This document shows positions 7,807 to 15,268 of a DNA stretch of 20,856 nucleotides, in pieces (position 1 is the first letter of the stretch; every line of letters begins with the position of its first letter). The notes under the pieces were generated by a model. It saw only the letters and a list, made by a program, of their open reading frames with translations. It made no database searches and had not been told where the DNA came from. The translations under genes were made by a program, and so were the position numbers. The DNA is taken from the NCBI GenBank assembly GCA_005223125.1, contig NJBH01000051.1, positions 1-20,856 of the forward strand, given 5' to 3'. This DNA comes from Promethearchaeota archaeon Loki_b32. GTDB lineage: Archaea > Asgardarchaeota > Lokiarchaeia > Sigyniarchaeales > SOKP01.

Positions 7807-8211
7807 ATGCAAGAAGTAGATGAGAAATTAGAAATGTTGAGAAGTAAAAAAGCTGAAGCTTTATTAAAACATCAAAAAATGCCAGAGAGTGTTATAAAGG
7901 TAAACTCTGTAGAAGAATTTAACAAAATCTTAAAAGATTACCCTGATAAAATAATTATTATAGATTTTTGGGCAGTTTGGTGTGGCCCTTGCATGTTCTT
8001 CGCTCCAATTTTCAAAAAACTTCATGAAGAATTTCAAAACGACTTTATATTTCTTAAGGTTAATGTTGATGAAAACCCTTCCGTAGCAATGAAATACCAG
8101 ATAACCGGAATCCCAACAACGTTATTCATTAAAAATGGAGAAATTGTAAATAAGATTGTTGGAGCCATGAATTATGATGGAATGAAAAAAGTATTAGTAA
8201 AGTTAAAGTAA
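7807..8211 (+). CDS. trxA: thioredoxin
   Basis: DFWAVWCGPC active site and ITGIPT cis-Pro loop. ATG 7807 (MQEVDEKLEMLRSKK, archaeal-type N-terminal helix) is preferred over GTG 7756, which lies inside the operator palindrome. Confidence 0.95.
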   Translation: MQEVDEKLEMLRSKKAEALLKHQKMPESVIKVNSVEEFNKILKDYPDKIIIIDFWAVWCGPCMFFAPIFKKLHEEFQNDFIFLKVNVDENPSVAMKYQITGIPTTLFIKNGEIVNKIVGAMNYDGMKKVLVKLK

Positions 8212-8274
8212 TAAACTCGTTAAACTAGTTCTTTTTTTATTTATATTCTTTTTATAATTTTAAGGTAATGATTA

Positions 8275-8739
8275 ATGGAAGTAATAGAAAAACAATTAAA
8301 AGAATTTGAATTAATAGATGGATTATTGGAGAAAAAAGAAATCTTTTCTAGTGAACGATTATTCAAATGTATTTTAGGTTTAAATAAAACAGAATCGAAG
8401 GTACTTGGATATATGTTAAAAAATAAAGATGTAAGAACATCTGAAATTGCAAATGCATTAAAGATGGATAGAAGCTCAATTCAAAGAGCTGTTCAAGGTT
8501 TATCTGAGTTAAAACTCATTGATCGTAAATCAATGTCGATGAAAGATTATACTGCTACAAAAGAACTAAAAGATGCCAAAAAACAAGGGTATCTCTATGT
8601 TTATAATGCAAAGAACATGGAATCCATAAAAATTCAATTAAAAAAACTGTTAGATAAATGGTACAATTCAATGTTAAAATACATTAAAAATCTTGAAAAT
8701 CTCTGCGAATGTTGTGGTTTCAAATTTGAACCATGTTAA
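8275..8739 (+). CDS. HTH transcriptional regulator (TrmB/COG3355-like) with Cys-rich C-terminus
   Basis: FKCILGLNKTESKVL...SEIANALKMDRSSIQRAVQGLSELKLIDR...GYLYVY; C-terminal CECCGFKFEPC. Confidence 0.85.
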   Translation: MEVIEKQLKEFELIDGLLEKKEIFSSERLFKCILGLNKTESKVLGYMLKNKDVRTSEIANALKMDRSSIQRAVQGLSELKLIDRKSMSMKDYTATKELKDAKKQGYLYVYNAKNMESIKIQLKKLLDKWYNSMLKYIKNLENLCECCGFKFEPC

Positions 8740-8775
8740 ACATTTTGATAGATATAAGAAAAAATTAGTCATAAG

Positions 8776-9447
8776 TTAGAACATATAAATTACGTTAAAA
8801 GGGAGATTTTCCAATATTTCTTTAAGATCTTCTTTAAATTCTTTCGAAACAGGTTCAAAACCATCTAAAGTATAATTACTGACAGAATAATGATCTGGCA
8901 TGACTTCTAATAAGAATTCTTTTAATTTTTCCACATTTTTAATGTTATCATTAATACCCTTCAAAAACATTGTATAGATCCCTAATTTACCATTAAAATT
9001 TTTGCTAAATTCTATAATTCCTTCTAATACATCCATTGAGTTTATGGATTCAGGACATTTATTAATTTTTGAAAACTGAAAGTTATTAACGCTATTGAGA
9101 TTGATGGCAACCAAGTCACATCCATAAAAAATATTTCGAACGTCTTCATCTTGAAAGATTCCACAATTTAAATAAATACCAATTTTTTGTTTTGGATATA
9201 CCGCCTTAATCATTTTTGTAATTAGTTTAAATTTTGAAGGGTTTATGGTGTTGGTTATTCCCTTAAACCAAATTAAACTTGGAATCCCTCGAACTTTAAT
9301 ACAATCTCTAATTTCATTAAAAATTTCTTCAGTAATGTTAATCAAGTCTGAATCTTCAGAACTAGAGCTGAAATCAACTGATAAAAGAGTTCCAAAATTA
9401 AAATTAAACTCAAACGCTTTTACGTATCTGTAATCCATTAAGATCAC
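8776..9447 (-). CDS. radical-SAM-like partial TIM barrel lacking CxxxCxxC (COG0731-like C-terminal part)
   Basis: IGIYLNCGIF, DLVAINLNSV...FSKINKC and GKLGIYTMFLKGINDN..NVEKLKEFL..VMPD resemble the radical SAM core. No three-Cys motif is present. Located 14 nt downstream of the TPR gene. Confidence 0.6.
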   Translation of the reverse strand: MILMDYRYVKAFEFNFNFGTLLSVDFSSSSEDSDLINITEEIFNEIRDCIKVRGIPSLIWFKGITNTINPSKFKLITKMIKAVYPKQKIGIYLNCGIFQDEDVRNIFYGCDLVAINLNSVNNFQFSKINKCPESINSMDVLEGIIEFSKNFNGKLGIYTMFLKGINDNIKNVEKLKEFLLEVMPDHYSVSNYTLDGFEPVSKEFKEDLKEILENLPFNVIYMF

Positions 9448-9461
9448 ATTCTGTATTTGGA

Positions 9462-12425
9462 TTATTCAATATCTTTCGATTCTCCTAGTAATGCCTTAAC
9501 TTCAGAAATCAATTTCTCTACTTTAGGTAGGTATTTAGATGTATGACTAGGATGCATCTTTTCAGTCAATTTTTTCCCTCGTTCATAATATTCAAGCGCT
9601 TTTTCAATCTTTTCAAGTTTTTTAAAACATTCTCCCATTTTTAAGCAAGTTTCAAAAGCAAACCATCCTGAAGGTTCGAGATTCAAAGCTTCTCTAAATT
9701 TTTCAAGAGCATTTTCGTACTCTTCAAAAATCATTAATATTTCACCGTATGTATCATAAGAATTTCCATATTTAGGATTAAGACTTATTAGATATTCAGC
9801 AGTTTCAATGGCTTCCTCTCTTCTTCTTAAATGCCCTAACATATATGCTTTATTGTTTATAATATTAGTATCTCGTGGAAATAATTTAAGTGCTTCATCA
9901 GTAGTTTTTAAACCTTCATCATATTGTTGTTGATGGACCTGAATATACGATTTTAGTAAGAGAAGATTTCTTTTTAAAGTGGGGTGGCTTTCTAACAATT
10001 CATGAATTAAATCCAAAGCTTCATCTTCTCTCTTGGAAGTTAATAGAAAGTAAGCTTTCCTAGCATATAGAGGATGTAGTGTTGGAACCAACTCAATTGC
10101 ACTATCAACAGAGTCAATAGATTCATCGTATTTTTTAAGCCCATTTAAAATGTGTGCTTGCAATAGAAGATACTTTATTTTATTATATTTAATAGGCTCA
10201 AAAGAGATTGTAAGCTTTATTAATTCAATAAATATATCAATATTTGGCTCTTTAAATGTAAATTTATAAATTAAATTATAACCAAGTACTAAAGCTTTAG
10301 TGAGAAATGAAATGGGATGATCAGGATAAAGTGTTAAAACGAGATTAGCAATTTCTAAAGATTTATCAAATTTACCACGTGCTAAATAGGAGTAAGTTAA
10401 AATGAAATACGCAATTGTATCAATTCTGGGATTCTTTTTAAAATTATTGATATCAATTCCTCCTGTAATTACTCTCTTCGCTTCTTTATATTTATTGATC
10501 AGACAATAGTATAAACTTTTCAAAAGCAGAATATCTTGATCAGTTGGATTCAATATGGTTAATTGATTTATTACCTCTAAAGGTTTATTATAATCCTTTA
10601 CTAGTGACATCCAATGAGAAATATATACTATGTATTTTGCTTTTAATAGTGCGGTATTATCAGGATATTGAGATAATAAATCCTCAATATCATCAAGTAC
10701 TTTATCTCCTTGATATACCCTAATTAAAATTTGAGCTTTTTGGCATGTTAAGAGAACATTTGGTGTTATCTCTAATGCCTCCTCTATAATTTCTAAAGAT
10801 TTCTCATAATTATCCATTGAAAAGTAAGTTATTGATTGGAATAAGTATCCTATGAAATCATTTGGATATTTTTGAATAATTTCATTAGTAATTTTAACTG
10901 ATTCAATTAAATCATTTTCTGCTGTCGCTATAATATCTTTTAAAATTAATTGATTAATGGTTTTTAACTTAGTATTACTATTCTGATATAGCTCCTTTGC
11001 TTTAGAAACTTTATTCCCATTTAAATTTTTTACAACTTTATTATAGATATCTAATTTATTCAAATTGTATGTCTTCTGAATTTCATTTGTATTCAAGAAA
11101 TTTAATTTGGATAGAAACATAATATCTAAAGCATTGAAGATATTGGGCTCCAAAGCATAATAATACTCATCCTCCTCTCCAGCTATTGGTAGGCTTGAAG
11201 GTTCAAAAGTTTGGAATTCTTCCTTAATATTCTGCCAAACAAAACCTTCTAATTTTGCTTCACTATCAACTAATTTTTTCTCAGTCTCAATTTTATATGC
11301 TAAATATCTAATGTACCCAGGTAAGAATGTTTTTAATGAAGGTTTCAGATGTTCATTGAATAGGTTACCACAAATATCATCTAAGATTTTATCTAATAGC
11401 AATTCTACATCTATCGTCGTAGTTTCATGAAATTTATTTAAATATGTTAATTTTATAATATGTTTTTCTACAATCGCCTTAAGAACTTTCTCAACTGTCT
11501 CATTCTTTTGAAAATAATAAGTTCCCCCTTGCTCATCCTTCATAATAAAGAATTTAATGTCAAAAAATTCATTGTCTACTATCTCTCTTATATAATAATC
11601 TAATGTAGTTCTATCAATCTTGTACTTCAACGAGAAGTCTTTGGTTGAAATAAACTCAGGATATTGAGCAGGATGATTAATCGAAAGGAACAATAAAATT
11701 TTATTAAAGTCCTCCTCATCTTTTAGCATCGCTTCCACTTTAGAATAAGACAACTTCAAGATATGATCAAGATATTGATATTTTAATTCATCATCCTCTA
11801 TTTTATATTTCTTAAAGAATCTACTAGTTTTTTCTGTAATTTCTTCAATTCTCTTGCTTTCCTGTTCCAAAATAGACTGACGATCCAAATCATAGGATTT
11901 CAATATTCTAAGATATTCTGTCTTTCCTAACGGTGTTATTATATATTCTTTATTATCTCTTGAAATAAATCCCCCATCTATTAATGAATTTAAATTATTT
12001 GATAAAGAGGATTGATTAATTAACAGCGGTTCTTGTTTAAAGTCTGACCATTTACATGAATAATTATTATAGAGCATCCATAAAATCCAATGATCATAAT
12101 TCCTAAATTTGAGAATTGTTTTTGGTGGAAATTTCAATCTCCTCTGCCCGGATTTTCTATCATAGACTAACTCACTATACCGATCTCGCCCTTGTGGAGT
12201 AATTCGATATTTCCCCTTTTCAGGCTTCTCAATATAATCTTTATTCAAAAGTTTTTTTAAATTGCCTGATAAAGTTGATTCACTTATTTCAGCAGTAAAA
12301 GCGGACCACTCACAAATATTATTGTTGCTGAGCATCCATAATATTACATATTCAAAATCAGTTTTCCCCATAATGGGGTTTAATATCTCTCCAGGAGGAT
12401 ATAAGACTCCCTCTGATCTACTCAT
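9462..12425 (-). CDS. tandem winged-helix + TPR-repeat protein (987 aa)
   Basis: Two N-terminal wHTH repeats (ILWML.NN..C.WS.F....I..S.LS.NL..L.....I......Y.ITP.G...Y) and a possible third HTH (FSLKYKIDRTTLDYYIREI). The C-terminal half is TPRs, e.g. NSYDTYGEILMIFEEYENALEKFREALNLEP. Confidence 0.88.
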   Translation of the reverse strand: MSRSEGVLYPPGEILNPIMGKTDFEYVILWMLSNNNICEWSAFTAEISESTLSGNLKKLLNKDYIEKPEKGKYRITPQGRDRYSELVYDRKSGQRRLKFPPKTILKFRNYDHWILWMLYNNYSCKWSDFKQEPLLINQSSLSNNLNSLIDGGFISRDNKEYIITPLGKTEYLRILKSYDLDRQSILEQESKRIEEITEKTSRFFKKYKIEDDELKYQYLDHILKLSYSKVEAMLKDEEDFNKILLFLSINHPAQYPEFISTKDFSLKYKIDRTTLDYYIREIVDNEFFDIKFFIMKDEQGGTYYFQKNETVEKVLKAIVEKHIIKLTYLNKFHETTTIDVELLLDKILDDICGNLFNEHLKPSLKTFLPGYIRYLAYKIETEKKLVDSEAKLEGFVWQNIKEEFQTFEPSSLPIAGEEDEYYYALEPNIFNALDIMFLSKLNFLNTNEIQKTYNLNKLDIYNKVVKNLNGNKVSKAKELYQNSNTKLKTINQLILKDIIATAENDLIESVKITNEIIQKYPNDFIGYLFQSITYFSMDNYEKSLEIIEEALEITPNVLLTCQKAQILIRVYQGDKVLDDIEDLLSQYPDNTALLKAKYIVYISHWMSLVKDYNKPLEVINQLTILNPTDQDILLLKSLYYCLINKYKEAKRVITGGIDINNFKKNPRIDTIAYFILTYSYLARGKFDKSLEIANLVLTLYPDHPISFLTKALVLGYNLIYKFTFKEPNIDIFIELIKLTISFEPIKYNKIKYLLLQAHILNGLKKYDESIDSVDSAIELVPTLHPLYARKAYFLLTSKREDEALDLIHELLESHPTLKRNLLLLKSYIQVHQQQYDEGLKTTDEALKLFPRDTNIINNKAYMLGHLRRREEAIETAEYLISLNPKYGNSYDTYGEILMIFEEYENALEKFREALNLEPSGWFAFETCLKMGECFKKLEKIEKALEYYERGKKLTEKMHPSHTSKYLPKVEKLISEVKALLGESKDIE

Positions 12426-12471
12426 AATGAATCACGGTTTCTTCTATAAGATCTTATTTTATATTTATATT

Positions 12472-12559
12472 AGTTCACTATCCTTTTAAGCTTTTCACTT
12501 CGGAGTAAAGTATGAACTTCACATGAAGTGCGAAGTGCGAATCTATATAATGGAGTTCG
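12472..12559 (+). promoter_or_regulatory. promoter D (divergent region): box array + TATA (ATCTATATAA 12541-12550)
   Basis: AGTTCA 12472, ACTTCG 12497, ACTTCA 12516, AGTGCG 12527; 8 nt gap to TATA; AGTTCG 12554. Confidence 0.65.
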
Positions 12560-12612
12560 ATCTATCTTTTCTTAAGAAAAAATAAAAAAAAATAGAAAAG
12601 TGATAAAAGAAT

Positions 12613-12822
12613 ATGGAACAAGTTTTTGAAAAAGAACCCTTTTATATTGTACTTCCTGAAATTGAGGAAAAAGCAGAAAAAGTTGAGGAGAAACCAAAAG
12701 AGATCAAAAAGAAACTTAAATTTAGGAAACACGCCAAGCAGCATCAAGAGAGAATCGATATTAATAAAATAAGGAATAAAATGAATGCAAGCCGATACAG
12801 AGCAACTCTCTACAATCGATAA
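12613..12822 (+). CDS. small hypothetical protein (69 aa), paralog of 2550..2819
   Basis: Acidic N-half, basic C-half; shared motifs PEIEEKAEKVE, KKKLKF, HAKQHQERI and RYR. Confidence 0.8.
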   Translation: MEQVFEKEPFYIVLPEIEEKAEKVEEKPKEIKKKLKFRKHAKQHQERIDINKIRNKMNASRYRATLYNR

Positions 12823-12850
12823 TTAAAATTTAAGTTGGAGGTTGTTAAAA

Positions 12851-12940
12851 ATGCGTGTTAAACGAATGAAGAAAAAGATGAGGTTAATAATAATTACGAA
12901 TGATAAGGGAAGATATCATTCGCGATATATAACTTATTAA
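12851..12940 (+). CDS. micropeptide, 29 aa MRVKRMKKKMRLIIITNDKGRYHSRYITY
   Basis: Strong RBS GGAGGT at 12837-12842, ATG 12851, TAA 12938-12940, then a T-tract. Counterpart of 2863..2940. Confidence 0.7.
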   Translation: MRVKRMKKKMRLIIITNDKGRYHSRYITY

Positions 12941-12962
12941 AATTTTTTTTTACGATTATTTT

Positions 12963-13013
12963 CTTTTCCATTCCTAAATTAAGGGGTGAGATTTTTTCTC
13001 ACCCTCTAATTTA
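12963..13013 (+). other. conserved intergenic element copy 3 (CTTTTCCATTCC + GGGTGAG-ATTTTTT-CTCACCC hairpin)
   Basis: Stem 12984-12990/12998-13004, extended by TAAATTA (12975-12981)/TAATTTA (13007-13013). C-G to T-A compensatory change relative to copy 1. Confidence 0.75.
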
Positions 13014-13160
13014 ATGGCAATTATCATCTTCCTATCCCGAAATTACCTAAATATTTTTGATATTAAAAAACATAGTCAAATAATAATTCATTTTTTTTTG
13101 TATACTTTTAAGTAAGCAGCAAAAAAATGATAAAAAAAAGTTAATTTTAATTATTTAATT

Positions 13161-13529
13161 TTATTTTGCTGATTCATCTTCTTCCATAAGGTCTAATCTG
13201 TTTCCTTCAGTATCTTTAAAGATTGCATAATATCCCACTCTAGGGATGGGACTTTTAGGTTTGATGATCTTTCCTCCATTTTCTTCTATCTTTTTAATTA
13301 TGTCATCCACTGATTTCACAGTAATATAATTTGTAATTGCGTCTTCCTTATTCTCTCTTTTCTGTAATCCCCCATTAATTCCTGGTTCATCTTCGTCACC
13401 AGCACTTATAAGCCAATATTCTAATGGACCTTCCCATTTTTCAATTTTCCACTTGAACACATTCTCATAAAAACTCTTTGCTCGCAGTGGATCATCGGCA
13501 TTAATTTCAAAATGATTTATTTTAGGCAT
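13161..13529 (-). CDS. VOC family (glyoxalase/bleomycin resistance-like) protein
   Basis: HFEINADDPLRAKSFYENVFKW...GINGGL...YITVKSVD...GGKII.PK.PIP.VGYYAIFKDTEGN. Confidence 0.92.
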   Translation of the reverse strand: MPKINHFEINADDPLRAKSFYENVFKWKIEKWEGPLEYWLISAGDEDEPGINGGLQKRENKEDAITNYITVKSVDDIIKKIEENGGKIIKPKSPIPRVGYYAIFKDTEGNRLDLMEEDESAK

Positions 13530-13690
13530 ATTTTCACCTTTATTCCATTAATTTCTTGAATTAAATTATTTACAAAGAATATAAATTTTCTAGGGTGAGA
13601 ATTTAATATTTCAGAATATATTTAAGGATAAAGAGTCTGAAATTTTTTTTGAAAATTATAAATTTATACTACTGATCATTTAAGTTAACT

Positions 13691-14755
13691 ATGAATTACT
13701 ACACAAAGGAGGCTTTAATATCTGCAACTGGAAATACTACAAAGCTAAATCAATTGAAAAGGGATGATTCGACTGCTATCATTTCAGAATATGGTGGACG
13801 GGTTTTAGGAGTTTTCCCAACAGAGAAGTGTTATAGCTTATTATGGATAAATCCAAACATTAAAAATATAATATCAACTAGAAACAGGGCGATTGGAGGA
13901 GATAGGTATTGGTTAAGCCCAGAAAGAGACTTTTTCTATAAAAATCCCGAAAGTTTCTCAAATTGGATTTGCCAACCTTCACTTGATCCTGCTAATTATG
14001 AGATCCTTGATACTGATGAGATTTCCTGTACAATTTCAAGCAATTTATTTGTTCAGAATATGAGAACAAAACAAGGATACCAAGGAGAAATTACACGACA
14101 GTTTAAATTAATAAGGGAACCATATAATACAGGATTATCTTATTGTGGAGTAGAGTTTTTAGATGATTGTATTCTTTATAGACCTAATCTAAATGTAAAT
14201 GGATGGAGTTTGGCCACAATTATTAGTTGTGGTCGAGAAAATCCTGGAACAGTATTAATACCTACTAAAGTTAAACCTAAACCACTGTCCTACTTTAAAA
14301 TCATACCAAAAGATCGTCTAAAGGTTGAAGAAAACTATGTGGCATTTAAGATTGATGTAGATGATATATATAAGTTAGCAATTCGACCTGAGGATATAGA
14401 TTTTTCAAGACCATCCAAAATAGGTTATGTCCTAAAAATGTCGGATAGTGACGAATATGGATTTTTAGTCAAACTTTCTGATGATATTCCAAAAACTCAG
14501 AATGAATGCTTTGATATTGCTAGAGATCATCCCGATTCTGAAATAGGAGTTATTCAATCATATAATTCAGAATCACCAGAAAAGCCCTTTTTGAACTACG
14601 GAGAGATTGAGCTTCAACTAAACAAATTTGAAACAATAGATAATGCATCTCATGGGAAGGCGAAGCATCAACTTTTTGGATATATTGGGGCAAAAGACGA
14701 TATAATTGGTGCTATTGAAAAATATTTAGGAATCGAAAATCCCTTTTTATTTTAA
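13691..14755 (+). CDS. hypothetical protein, DUF6786-like / galactose-mutarotase-like beta-sandwich
   Basis: YGGRVLG..., LLWIN, GGDRYWLSPE, IQSYN and YGEIELQ motifs, recognised from memory only. Confidence 0.55.
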   Translation: MNYYTKEALISATGNTTKLNQLKRDDSTAIISEYGGRVLGVFPTEKCYSLLWINPNIKNIISTRNRAIGGDRYWLSPERDFFYKNPESFSNWICQPSLDPANYEILDTDEISCTISSNLFVQNMRTKQGYQGEITRQFKLIREPYNTGLSYCGVEFLDDCILYRPNLNVNGWSLATIISCGRENPGTVLIPTKVKPKPLSYFKIIPKDRLKVEENYVAFKIDVDDIYKLAIRPEDIDFSRPSKIGYVLKMSDSDEYGFLVKLSDDIPKTQNECFDIARDHPDSEIGVIQSYNSESPEKPFLNYGEIELQLNKFETIDNASHGKAKHQLFGYIGAKDDIIGAIEKYLGIENPFLF

Positions 14756-14759
14756 TTTT

Positions 14760-15131
14760 TCAATCTCCAGTTGGTCTTATAGTATCTTGTTCTATGACTA
14801 AAAGAGATGTGCGAGTAGGAGCTCTTGTTCTATGCATTACACCTTTTGGAACAGTAAAACCTTGTTTAGGTTTTAACTCAATCAATTTCTCTTCCAAATC
14901 AATTAAGAGTAATCCTTCGATAACGAAAAAGAATTCATCTTCTTTTTCATGTTTATGCCAATGAAATTCACCTTCAATAACAGCTAATCTGATCACAGAA
15001 TTATTAACATTACAAAGTGATATATTCTGCCATTTCTTAGTACATTTATTTATTAATTTTGGAATGTCAATAATCTCCAAAGGTTGATACTTTATTTCTA
15101 AATCAATTGAATATTTATCTTGGTCATTCAT
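14760..15131 (-). CDS. cupin domain protein
   Basis: GEFHWHKHEKEDEFFFVIEG and VPKGVMHRTRA are cupin motifs 1 and 2. Confidence 0.92.
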   Translation of the reverse strand: MNDQDKYSIDLEIKYQPLEIIDIPKLINKCTKKWQNISLCNVNNSVIRLAVIEGEFHWHKHEKEDEFFFVIEGLLLIDLEEKLIELKPKQGFTVPKGVMHRTRAPTRTSLLVIEQDTIRPTGD

Positions 15132-15268
15132 TTTTCATTCTTTAAAATATTGTTTATTGATAACGGAATTTTTATAATTCTATGGATTAGAATTTTATTT
15201 AAAATTTAAAATTAATAATTTTATCACCTTTTAGATAAATAAAAAAGAGACAATGAATATCGAATAAA

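Noticed and set aside
3752-12747. Antisense ORFs 3752..4102, 5344..5727, 9245..9433, 12262..12489, 12562..12747
   Set aside because: Shadow ORFs opposite real genes; their Ser/Phe/Ile-rich composition reflects the reverse complement of Glu/Lys-rich coding DNA.
2863-12940. Micropeptides as RiPP precursors modified by the radical-SAM-like protein
   Set aside because: 8776..9447 lacks CxxxCxxC and any SPASM/RRE domain, and no other tailoring enzyme or peptidase is visible.
13608-13643. Inverted repeat ATTTCAGA-N20-TCTGAAAT in the VOC / DUF6786-like divergent region
   Set aside because: Single AT-rich occurrence with a long spacer; it could be an operator but has no independent support.
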